In this document: positions 51,967 to 64,000 of the stretch, piece after piece
Numbering within the stretch: position 1 is the first letter of the stretch
Layout of the letters: each line of letters starts with the position of its first letter
Origin: Octopus sinensis
Lineage: Eukaryota
Assembly (NCBI RefSeq): GCF_006345805.1
Contig: NC_043008.1
Coordinates: forward strand, 76,942,001 to 77,006,000
DNA: 64,000 nt
Direction of reading: 5' to 3'
The notes under the pieces: model-generated
Seen by the model: the letters and a program-made list of their open reading frames with translations, nothing else
Databases searched by the model: none
Told to the model about the DNA's origin: nothing
Program-made: the position numbers and the translations under genes

Positions 51967-53058
51967 AAATTACACAACGGATTATACAGTCTGCACTACA
52001 CTTGTCTTTGGAAAACAGACCGGAATACATTTGATCATACACTCGTTGTATCGATGTCGATCCAAGGCCTAAGAACAACAGCACATACACATTATAGCTA
52101 CTAACTCTCCTTTGTGCTTCTTCTATATCTTTTGTTGTGCCTCCTACTTCCACCTCTCTGAAACTTGCATCAGTCGGAAATTGAACCCTAATCTCGGATT
52201 TTAAACATCATTAAAAATTACAACTTCTCTAGGGTAGGTATAGTGAATTCAAAATTCATTCTAAGCCAATATTTGACTGGTTGTTTGTTTATAGACCTCA
52301 GAAAGCTGAAAGGCCAAGTCAACTGTGGCGTGATTTGAACGCGGAACTTACAGGAATGTAGCTATATACCGAAGGAAATTTTTTCTGATGTTTTAATAAT
52401 TCAGCTTTCCATCGTCTACTGAGGTTTACATAATGATCCTAACACAGACAAAAGGTCACCTCTGAGGTTTTATGCATTTATAGCAGCTACATTGGTGTAG
52501 TGAATGACATGTACTGAATACCAATGCTGCTTGACACACACTGCATTGTGATATATGAACTAAGTTCATTTGAGACGAGAAGAGCTGTAACTTCATGAGT
52601 AAACAGACTCTATATCGGCTGCTGGAGCCATCGTAAAGGTCAAAACAGAATCAAGGAAGTAATTGGTGTCAAAAATCAATACCGGAGAAATAATCGGCCT
52701 AAAGTAAATATCGAACAACATTAAGACTGGATTAATTAAGTAATTCGGATTAGCACAAAGCCAGTAACGGTCAGTAAAAGTATATCTATTGATATAACAT
52801 CACAGTTTCAACTCTTGGCTGTAGGTAATTACTACAATGTAATGTAGTTTCATTATGATATAGTTTCAGAGATCAAAACTTACTATCAACGGATCAAGCA
52901 GTAATGAGATAGTGCAGTGTTGAATAATTAACACATTTAACTCTCAACAGTCCTCTTCACCAACTAGTATAGTAGGCTACGTAGCTGCAAGTAACCACAA
53001 TGGTATTACATTTCACCTAGCTGTAAAAAGATGCAGTGAACAGCAGCATCACACAGCT

Positions 53059-53463
53059 CAACGTAAAGTATAGTAGCCATCTCGTTCAGAGATTTATTAT
53101 TGCTTGCAGACAGTTTTTCGAAATCAGCGGCGGAAGTTACTAGAAAAACCTATAAGTATTTGCAAACAGGTCTCCCTTTCATCGTAAACCGGTGACTGCC
53201 GTACGTCGAAGACAGGCAAATACCTAGAAACTGCAGTCCGTGCGTGTCACTTAGGTTTACGAGAGAGGGATGACCTGCCTTTGCAAATACCATAAGGTCA
53301 CAGAAAGTGTGCCTAAAGCCAGCTGGAGACGATGATCTTCTGGGGCTAAAAACTACAGTAACACCCACCCTTACCCTTAGTGGTTAGCCATATTGAGATG
53401 GCTAGTATACTTTACGTTGTCGAGCAGTTACTGTTTACATCACGTTCAGAGATTTATTATTGC
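53059..53463 (+). mobile_element. Diverged retrozyme-like element: 360-nt monomer, ~20-nt terminal direct repeat and 25-nt 5' inverted stub, followed by (TA)n
   Basis: GTTCAGAGATTTATTATTGC at 53084 and 53444. 53059-53083 is the reverse complement of 53395-53419. Modules are collinear with the 30.4-31.5 kb monomer. Confidence 0.8.
53201..53243 (+). ncRNA. Type I hammerhead motif (U3,C4 variant), GUC triplet
   Basis: GUACG-UCGAAGA-C-AGG(CAAAUA)CCU-A-GAAAC-UGCA-GUC-CGUGC, with a perfect ACUGCAGU palindrome at stem III. Confidence 0.7.
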
Positions 53464-53763
53464 TATATATATAATAACTAATATAATATATATATAATAT
53501 ATATAATAAATAGTATAATATGTATAATAGTTAATATATAATATATATATATATAATAATAATATATAATATATATAATAAATAATATATATATAATAAA
53601 TAATATAGTATATATATAATAAATAATATATAATATATAATAAATGATATATATATAATAATATATAATATATATATAATAATATATATATATATAATAA
53701 TATATAATATATATATAATAATATATAATATATATATAATATAATATATATATATAATATATA

Positions 53764-53807
<44 letters not shown>

Positions 53808-54098
53808 GAAAAAAAAAAAACACCTTTTATCAATTCAAAATGAACAATTAAATTACACCATCTAGAAATGTTACATATAATAGACATATTAAAATTAAAA
53901 TAATAATAAAATATCAAAGATTAAGTAAATTGCAAAAAAATAATAATAATATATATAATAAATGTATATATATAATAAATAATATAGTATATATATAATA
54001 AATGATATTATATAATAATATATAATAATAATATAATATATAATATATATAATAAATGAATATATATAATAATAATATAATATATAATAAATAATATT

Positions 54099-54180
<82 letters not shown>
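53464..54180. repeat. Extremely AT-rich (TA)n/(TAA)n low-complexity tract ending in (CA)n
   Basis: Direct reading. Confidence 0.9.
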
Positions 54181-54628
54181 TCATATATGGGAGCAGGACG
54201 TCACCAGTAGTGCAAATAACGTGAGGTACGTAAACAACGAGAACAAATGGAAAACAAGAGAAGTAATCACAGAGAAAGGACTCATCATCAGTTGGCTGTC
54301 TATCTACTCCTCATTTCGAGCATTCAACGACAATATAAGTCTTCAAAGACAATTGCTCCCATAAATTCTAAAATAAAATTTAGAATTTATGGTGGGTCAA
54401 AGTTGGGAACAGAACAATGACAGTAGCGACATACAAGGAAACTGAACGAAAACAAACATGGTGGGTCGTTAGACCAGAACGAGAGGAAAACAGTGAACGG
54501 TGGGAAAAACATTTTTTTGAAAAGAGAAAAGATAGAAGTGAGAGAGAAAATACGATATATATATATATATATATATATATAACATATAATTATACATACA
54601 TACATACATACATACATACATACATACA

Positions 54629-54661
<33 letters not shown>

Positions 54662-54719
54662 GAACGACGGGCTTCTTTCATATCTTTTACATATCTTTTA
54701 TCTTATACAGGTTTCAGCT

Positions 54720-56050
54720 AAAGGCTGGGGCAATGCTGGAGCACCGCCTTTCGGTGAATTTGAGTTTCCTCTATGTAATGTTTTTGGTGAAGTAGCAAGC
54801 TGGACGGAGATGCTCTTTTTTGTACCTCCTTCCACGTTGTGAGTTCATCTGGTATTTCAGATAGAAATTTGCCCAGGTGCCCTTTGAAGAATTCCACATC
54901 TACACCTCGCAAATCTCTGAGGTTATTTGGCAAAATGTAGAATTGTTGTGGACCCCTGAAACCCAAGTTGTTACAGTATTGGGTCTTTATTCGAGATGGA
55001 GAAGACGACATCTTTGGTATTATGGAGTACCGTTCCGTTTGATAGCGACATGGCTTTCAATTGGGAGTTAAACCTTCCAGAATGTTCTATATATGTATCA
55101 CTGCATATTTTTCACGCCTTCCCTGTAGGGAGTAGTGCTTCAGTTCCTTTAGCGTCTCCCAGTAGTTCATCTGTTTCACCGAGTCAATATTCTATGTGTA
55201 GTGGTGCTGGATTGCCTCAAGTTCCGCCACCAGTTAGACGCTTTGCGGTGACCATAGTTGGGTGCTGTAATCCAGACAACTGAGGACGAAAGTTCTCCAT
55301 AGAATTAGCATGATATCATTTTTCTGGTTTTGAATGATTTCAGAATCCCTCCAGCTACTCGCCTGTACAGTGATGCCATCTTGTTAACATGCATATTGAA
55401 TGTTGCATCATTACTCATGTGGACTCTCAGGTCATGCACTGACTCTAAGTCTGTGATTACCTTACATCCTGGTTATGTGCATTCCGATTGTAGTCTGTTT
55501 GTGGGCTGATAGGGGTGTCAGAATTGAATTTCATGTTGTTTTTGTCAGCTTATTTGTATATTGCATGCAGATGTTTTGCAGTTTTAGTATGTCATCAAGG
55601 TCCTTGACCTCTTGTTATACCTTTGTATCATCAGCGTTGCTGATGAGAGTAGCTGACTGTATGGCTGAAGGTATATCTGGGAGAGCCAGTAATGGTCCCA
55701 ACATAGTCCCTTGAGGGGCTCCGCTGCAGATTGATGTCTCTCCAGAGAGAGCACCACTGGCTGCAACTGCCTCACTTCTGACTTTTAGAAAGTCATGCAG
55801 ACACTTTCCCTGTTTTCCGCCAAGGTCATGCGATTTGTGACATCATCTTATGTTCAACTTTGTCAAAGGCCTTAACAAATTCAAGATAAATTACATCCAC
55901 ATGTGAATGGTTAAGCTGCTGTTGCTCTACCTAGAAGTAATTCTGTAGTAGCTGTGTGAGGCAGCTTCTCCCTAGATGGAAGTCATGTTGTATGTTTATG
56001 AGCAAGTTATTTTCTTCCAGGAATATAACAGACTTTAATCAGATAACTTT
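54720..56050 (-). mobile_element. Decayed CR1-clade LINE, RT domain and C-terminus
   Basis: VIYLEFVKAFDKV, SGAPQGTMLGP, ADDTKV and NNLGFRGPQQFYILPNNLRDL..FKGHLGKFLSEIPD. Confidence 0.85.
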
Positions 56051-59000
56051 CTGCAATATTTTCAGTTGATTAAATACATACAAAAATAGGTTTAATTCTG
56101 AATGCCCTATTTATTTTATGCTTTTATAACTACCCAGAATTAGTTTGTCTGGACTTGGATATAATATTAGTTTTTTCGGACTTAGAATTTCTAAAATTTT
56201 GACCAGTTAATGATTTTCTGTAAAACGGTAGACTTCTTCAATTTCATTTTCTATATTTCTAAAATTGTGATGTTCCTGATACCACTTTTTTTTTTTTTTT
56301 TCAGATATTCCAAATGTCCTTCTGTAAGACTTACAACGAAAGCGCATTTCTGACCCAAAGCTATATGTTGAAGCACTTTTCAACGCAAATTTTCAAATTT
56401 TCGTGTTTTTCTTTTTTCTCTTTCTGATCTTTTTATTTATTTTTTTCCAGATCAAACTTAATCATTCTATCGAACCACAACGGATCAATCACTATATAAA
56501 TTTTAGAAAACTTTTGCCCATCAGATGTTATTACCTACTGGCAGCAGACACGACAGCAAGAATACCCTAAACCTATATCAAAGACCATCATTGAACTGCT
56601 TTCAATCAGTTTATCATAATTATCAGTTATCAGTCTTTTCTACAGTCCCGCACAACATACGCAAAGGGCAATGAAATAAAGAGGATAACTAGCAATTTTG
56701 AGACAATAACTAAATTACTTTTTAACCCAGCAATAATATTAATCGGGGCAAATCTATTTCGATTCGGTTCGTTTTTTTCGATTACTAAATTGTTTATTTA
56801 AAAAGGAAACGAAAACGAAATGAATCCAAAACGAAAAACAAAAGATGTTAAAAATAAGCACTAAAGTCTTTGGGAGAAGCAAGAGTTCCAGCTCAAGGTA
56901 TTCCATTTTGGCGTTGGTAAGTTGATTAGAAGTTATTTGATTAAAAAAGGAACAAAAACGCAATAAATTACGTTAAAAAAATCAAGAGTGGCGAGACATG
57001 AAGTTATAAATTTATGAAAAAATCGTTGATGAAACTGAACTGAAAACGAATCGAATCAATGACGGTGTTGGATTACCAACAAAGAACTCATTTTATCTAC
57101 CCATAAATTTATTTATAAATAAATGTTTTATGCGCCTAATCGGCACCTGCACATCTACTAAAATTTAAATACACCCTCAAATTGATATATGTTTGCATTC
57201 AGGAAAAAGAAAGAATAAAAAACAGAGCTTCTAATAGCCACATGTTCCTGACCCCTGGTCTTTGTAGAAGTCGTGGGTTTGTCTCAAAAAAAAAAAACAA
57301 TAAACATATAAAATAAAGCAATTCAAATCTATGAAGTCCGGTATAGTTGTTTTATAGATGTGAGCCATCACTGATTAATATTCATTTGTTCAATGACCTA
57401 CATTAACGAGGTTTCCTTTCAGAGAACACGTGTTGGCTTCCTATCGATTAACACTGGCGTTGTAGTTCCCAGGGCGATTAATGAATTTGTTTCAGTTGCA
57501 GTCAGCAACAAAGTCAGCTATAAATAACAATGAACAAACACTAAATTTAATGTCGTCACAGAACCAACTGTAAACGACAAATGCGACAGCTATTTGCAGG
57601 AGAAACACACACATACAAGTAAAAATAAATGCTTCTCTGTCAGCAGATCAAGTTTAAATTTAGCTTCGGCTTAGATAACTGATTGTATCTTAGAATGGAT
57701 TTCACAGAACAATACCTATAGAGACGATCATTAATTTTTAGCTCAATAATAACGTTTGATTTTTGAACTTATTTGGTCTCATTTGAAGTTAAGTTTAGAA
57801 AAGATATAGCAAGGATAGGAGCAATAACTTTGAATATAATCAAGCTTTAGTCTGTAAGGTATAATCATTTTAGTATGTAAGAGTTAACCAATTTATAGTG
57901 ATGGGGAGTTACCTCCCGGAGATGCAATAAAGTATTACATGCGCGCGCGCGTGTGTGTCTGTGTCTGTGTGCGTGTATGGTTGTGCGTGTGTGGTTGTGC
58001 GTGTTTGTGTATGTCCGTCCTTCGGCAATGAGGATTAAGTTGTTCTGTCGACTGAATTAAATTGCCCTAAATGGTTGAGTTTTTTACGGACACGTATACC
58101 CTTAACCTAATTCTCGTGCAGAATCAGCAGGATATAATGTCTGTCATGACTCTTCCTTCTGAATCAAAGGAACAATCCCTCGGCGTGCTTCATTACAGTT
58201 TCCGTCTACCCAGTTCACTCACACGATGTGCGTCAACCGGAGGCAATAGAAAATGACACAAGCTTGTCACGACTCGAAGTTGTGATTCGAAGCGAACTAA
58301 CTTCATAAGCATTAGGCCGTACTGCACCTACTTATGTGCTCATACGTGTATGTATGTACGTTTGTATATGTGTGTGTATGTGTGTGTGTGTGTATGTGTG
58401 TGTGTGTGTGTCTGTGTCTGTGTGCGTGTGCGTGTTTGTGCGTGCGTGTGTAAAGTGTTTTGAAATAGGAAGTAGAAAGTTTACTATTCCATTGTAAGTT
58501 CGAATAATCCTGCTACATTTGATATCCGAATCTTGAAAGCTGTACATCAATAAACTTTGATTCCTCTGTTAGATTTTGCCTCGTGATTAAGTAGTGACCT
58601 TCCGCACTGATGTTTTTGGACAAAACAAATTCTGTGACAATAGGGTCTTGACTAAAACTTGACACAGCATAACTCACCGTCGCTGGTTGTTTATAAACAC
58701 AGAGTGCTGCTGTTTAAAAGCCAAAACCGTGGGTTTTTTTAAACCCACAAGCTGGATAAATAGCTCGATGGATGGGTATGGGGGAGAACAAAAATAGTTG
58801 ACAGTGATTTCCTTTTCTATCCTCGCCAGTTTGCAGGGAGTGGATTTTGTCGAATGAATTTACTTAAGTTTATGTATGGAGTTGTTTCTATTGACCCCAG
58901 AAGAATGACAAGGATTTGAACATTGAATATAGAAGAACAAAACTCACAACTACCAAAAAGTTATTCTGACCTTGTACTTATTTGAATTTGTTCAAAGTGA

Positions 59001-60054
59001 CACACTGCGGACAGGGAAATACTTGAGAATATTTAATTCTGTTGAAAGAATAGCTGAGAAGATTCCCATACCCTATCAACTAGTTTCTTCTCATAAACCT
59101 GAATATTTCTATATTTTAGATTATATACCTTTATATAAATCTAAACTGGTGCAGACACGAGTTTTTTTGTGTAGAAATCTCTGGTGTTTTTTTTTTTTAC
59201 ATCATTATGGTCCACATAAGACTTGTTGTGCACATGTTTGGAAGTTAAAGTGATTTTTTCTCATAGACACATGAACACGGGATTACAAAAAGCTGGTTTT
59301 ACTGACATGTGCAAAAAAAAATCATAACAGATGAAGACATGTGACCGGGAATACGACTGTGGATGTCTTCCTTTTGTTCTCTAAAAATTTAGTCCACTTT
59401 CAGAGAGAGAGAGAGAGAGTCGTACTGTGTGTGTGCGCAGGAAAGTGAATGATAGGATGTTTGTACATTGTGTTGAACAATATTTTAGAGTGTTACTGAT
59501 AAATGATATTGATGTGAAAACAATATATGCCAAATGGTGTGTCACTTTCCTTGTCGTATCAACTAAAAAGTAAGATCCTGCTGGAAAGGAGATACCTGTC
59601 GCATAGCATGTTTCGGTAAAGATGGATGAACGTAGAGAGAAAGTTAGGAATGGATGGAGCCGGCTAAGCTCAGCCACCCTAAACGGAAAAAAGGAAACGT
59701 TGGTCAATGGTGGTGGGCTTATGAGCCCAGGTAAATTACATTTTTAAACATCGTTACTTGTAACAATCAAAATTTTTTAACGAATATAAAAAAAGTGGGG
59801 GGATGCTCTCTTAAATGTTTTGTCTGTCTTTGTATTGCCCCCCCCCCTGCGTTGGGCCCTTAGTTGCCAAATAAAGAAATTAGAGTGTCGTATGCGCAGT
59901 CATAGTGTACAGGTCGTAGGAATTATTGAAGAGATATATTGTGGAGTGCTTGTTGAAGATGCACTGTTGGAGAGTAATAAGAGAACATCAAGAACGTTTG
60001 ATATTATAACAGTTTAGATGTAACATGACGACAAGAAGTCGTACGTCATATCAG

Positions 60055-63000
60055 TGGCGACGAGGATACCTCCCACTGTATAATGGTGTCGTTATAACAG
60101 TGGTAACAAGGTAGGAGTGTCGAAATGGAAGAACTACTAACTTCCATCGTGAAGCAACAACAACAGTTGCAGCAGCAGCAAGAATACCGTGAACACCAAC
60201 AACAACAGCGTTGATAGAGTTATTGCTACAATCCAAAAACCCAGCGGCGTCGTATTCGGCGGATGGAGTGACCAACTCCATTTAAGAATTCCTGTATAAT
60301 CCCGAAGATGAGATTACATTTTCTTCATACTATAGAAGGTTAAAACAAACAAGGCTCAAACCGTGTTATGGTTGTGGCAAGTTGCACTTCAAAAGGGACT
60401 GCCCCTTTAGGAACAAAGAATGTTTTGCTTGTGCCAAAACGGGGCATAAACAGCCGCAGTGTTGGGCGAAAAAGGAAAGGTCGAACGGAAAAACAAAGTG
60501 TTTTCAATGAAAACAGATAGTAAAGTGAAAAAAATTGTGTCGGTAAAAATTAATAATATAAAATACAAGTATACAACTAGACACAGGGAGCGATATCTCA
60601 ATAATAAATACTTATTTCTTTACTACCCACGAGGGGCTAAACACAGAGAGGTCAAACAAGGACAGACAAACGGATCAAGTCGATTATATCAACCCCAGTG
60701 CGTAACTGGTACTTAATTTAATCGACCCCGAAAGGACGAAAGGCAAAGTCGACCTCGGCGGAATTTGAACTCAGAACGTAGTGGCAGACGAAATACCTAT
60801 TTCTTTACTACCCACAAGGGACTAAACACAGAGGGGACAAACAAGGACAGACAAAAGGATTAAGTCGATTACATCGACCCCAGTGCGTAACTGGTACTTT
60901 ATTTATCGACCCCGAAAGGATGAAAGGCAAAGTCGACCTCGGCGGAATTTGAACTCACAACGACACGCAGACGAAATACGGTTACGCATTTCGCCCGGCG
61001 TGCTAACGTTTCTGCCAGCTCGCCGCCATATCAATAATAAATACTGAAACTTAGAAGAAAATGGGAAGACTACGTTCAAGAAGACAAAGCAAATAGCTCG
61101 TGGAGTCTCTGGACAGCAAGTTCGATTCCTGGGTGAATTGATGCCAGATGTAACATTTCATGGGAAGACGTTCAAAGCGAAGGTCTACATATCAGAAAAT
61201 ACCATTAATCTGCTTGGTACAGATTGGATGGTAACATTTTCTGTAATAACGTGAATGCGTCGCACGCCAGTTCGAACAATGCATCTGAGAAGTTAAAAAT
61301 GAGATTTTTAAAAATATATCTTCCTGTTTTTCAGAATAACTTGGTAGATGTACAAAAATAAAATTGAAATTCCAACTAAAATAAAATACTGTTCCGGTTT
61401 TTAAACCAAAGAGAGCTGTGTCTTGTGCGGCACTGAATCAAGAAGAAAAAGAATTGAAAAGTTTTGAGAATATTGGTGTAATACAAAAATTAGACTATTT
61501 GGAATAGGCTGCACCAACTGTGTACATAAAAAAAAGAAAAACAAAATAAGGGTCTGCGCTGATTTTTCCATGGGATTTAATGAATGTCTGAAAACTTATA
61601 ACTATCCGTTACCAAGTCTAGAGGAGATTTTTGCCAAGCTTAATGGAAGCAAACGCTTTCTAAATTAGATTTATCGGAAGCTGCAAGTTGACGAAGAATG
61701 TTCCAAGCTGTTGAGGATAAACACGCACAAAGGGTTATACAAGTTTAAACGACTTCCTTTCAGAATAAGAGTCGCACCTGCAATTTTTTAGCCGGTTGTT
61801 GATACAATGGTAGCAGAGTGTGAATTCGAAATTCCATATCTGGATTATATATCAATTAAAAGTGAATTTCGTGATCAGCATATTGAGCACGTAAAGTATG
61901 TTTTTGAAAAAATAAGAGAATACGGTTTCACACTGAGTGAGGGAAAATATGAACATTTTCTTACCTGAAATTAAGTATTTAGGACAAATTATCGACAGGA
62001 ATGGACGACGACCGGACCCGTCGAGGGCTGACGCAATTAAAGATATGCCTCATCTGACTAACTTATCAACCTTACAAGCTTTTCTAAGGCTTGCGAATTA
62101 TTATCAAATATATATTCCAAGAATGCATGAGCTAAGATCACCTTTAAAAAAAAGATGTGAAATGGTGTTAGACTGACGAATGCCAAAAAGCATTCGAAGA
62201 GATTAAAAAGATGTTAACGTCAGAGCTATCTCTAGCACATTTTGATCCGAAAGCTAGCGAGTCTGTGATCGGAGCAGTAATCTTACATAAGTTGGAAAAT
62301 GGTAACGTAAAACTGATCGCACACGCGTCACGTGCATTACTATCGGCGGAAATGAATTATAGCCAAATAGAAAAAGAGGCACTAGCCATTATGTTTGCTA
62401 TGAAAAAATTTCATAAATTCCTGTACGGCAAAAGTTTATCTTGCAGACAGATCACCGCCCACTATTAACAATATATGGATCAAAAAAAGGTGTCCCTACA
62501 CATATAACCAATCGATCACAGAACTGGGGGACTACCTTATTAAATTATGATTTCAAAATAGAATTATGGTCTTCGAAGAAATTGGGACATGGGGACAGGT
62601 TGTCGAGATTGATCCCGAAGTATAAAAAACTGCCTGAAGATACAGTAATAACAGCGTTAAAATCAGAAATTGAATTGAAAAATATTCCCTGTAATGTAGT
62701 GCTGGAACTACCAGTCACATAAGAAGAGATAAAAAGTAAAGGAGAAAAAGATGCATTTATTAACAAAATGAAAATATAAAATAATGAATGAGACAAATAC
62801 AAAAAATTATGTCGCTGAACGTAACACAGGTTCGAAATACTATTCGATGTGACAATGTGCTGGTGTACGCTCAGAGGGTTGTGATACCTGTTGTACTATA
62901 ATATACAATACTAAAAGAATTTCATGTAGGACATCCTGAAATTGCTTGGATGAAGGCCATCTTGAGGAGTTATAGCTATTGGCCTAGTATGGATAAAGAT

Positions 63001-63310
63001 GTCGAGAATTTGGTGGAAGCATGCAGGAGATCCGCCCTGGCAGCAAAGGCACATCCAGTAGAGATTCAAACGTGGCCAAAGACAGATATACCGTGGTCTA
63101 GACTACACATAAATTTTGCAGAACAACTAAACGGTGTATATTACCTGGTAGCAGTAGATAGTTACACAAAATGGCCAAATGGCCTGAAAATTGTAAGTGC
63201 AGAAAGCTAACTAACTATTGAATTTTTGGATGAAATATTTGCACGTTTTGGTGTGCCGGACACTATAGTGTTGGATAATGGCACGCAATTTACTGATTCA
63301 AATTTTAGTT
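60055..63310 (+). mobile_element. Decayed Gypsy (Mag-like) LTR retrotransposon internal region: primer-binding site, gag zinc knuckles, RT, RNase H, integrase
   Basis: TGGCGACGAGGA at 60055, CYGCGKLHFKRDCPFRNKECFACAKTGH, RVCADFS..YPLP, AHASRALLSAEMNYSQIEKEALAI, QTDHRPL, GHP..YWPSMDKD and DNGTQFT. Confidence 0.9.
60613..61028 (-). mobile_element. Tandem dimer of SINE family A (period 185 bp) inserted into the Gypsy element
   Basis: TATTTCTTTACTACCC at 60613 and 60798. The head (CTGCCAGCTCGCCGCC on the plus strand) is present only in the right-hand unit. Confidence 0.85.
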
Positions 63311-63622
63311 CATTGATTAAACCTCGCCAAGTTAAATATTTAAACCACCTGATTAATGACTGTAACTCGAAAATTTAAAGAAATTAACAGCCATGAAACG
63401 ATCGTAGTGTTATATTAATTATATTTTTTTTATAATTTTGTTATATATTTAAATAATATAAATTAAATAATCTTATGTATTGGCTTAAGTTTTTCATTGT
63501 ATGATTTGCCTAATAGTGGTTTTATCTCTAATTTAATATAATATAATATTTTACTATAAAATTGGATTCAATACTAAATCTGATTTTTCCCTGTAAGTTT
63601 GGATTTATTCCCTAATATTTAT

Positions 63623-63658
<36 letters not shown>

Positions 63659-64000
63659 ATATATATATACATAAATACATACACACACACATACACACAT
63701 ACATACAGACAGACAGACATACCCACACACTGTGATACATACATATATATGTAACTGTCGAAAGCTTGAAGCTTGCCCACTTAACCAGACGTGTATGAAA
63801 GCCTCCATCATATGCGAGGTTGAAGTTACAGCTACGTTCCAAGACAAGGAAAGTTATGCAAACCACCTTCTTTTCAGCTTCTTTCCAGCACATCGATAAA
63901 AGTAATACAACTAAGTTGGCTAGCCACGTATGAAATTTGAAGAGCAGGTGTAGACACATGCAAGATTTCTTTTATTGAATTTGAGGGAACCACCCGCTCC

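Noticed and set aside
54270-54360. CUGAUGA and GAAA on the minus strand of a repeat after the AT tract
   Set aside because: The order would need a type II fold, and stems I and III cannot be formed.
59850-60054. 5' LTR of the Gypsy element
   Set aside because: An LTR is expected upstream of the primer-binding site, but no second copy lies in the window, so its boundaries cannot be supported.

Overview
This is a very AT-rich, microsatellite-saturated metazoan window. The repeat landscape looks like a coleoid cephalopod such as Octopus; this is an inference, since no taxon was given. Most listed ORFs are artefacts of simple repeats. Recognisable content is mainly decayed mobile DNA: several R4/Dong fragments, a HERO-like and a CRE-like non-LTR element, CR1, RTE, L1/Tx1-like ORF1, a Penelope-like RT fragment, a Gypsy (Mag-like) element, a maT/mariner transposon, a probable Chapaev3 end, MITEs and three tRNA-derived SINE families. 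One probable host exon encodes a signal-peptide-like N-terminus (45683-45768, +) and lies downstream of a motif-rich promoter-like region. The main finding is a set of type I, dimer-type hammerhead ribozyme (HHR) motifs with non-canonical cores. Three sit in a tandem and inverted array of ~350-nt monomers at 30360-31467. A fourth sits in a diverged but structurally collinear ~360-nt relative at 53059-53463. Both elements end in AGAGATTTATTATTGC followed by (TA)n, which fits a retrozyme-like element that could produce circular RNA. Further HHR motifs occur at 548-607, 1518-1565, 4344-4383 and 49948-49995. All folds were derived by eye and none has been tested for activity. Boundaries of decayed elements are approximate.
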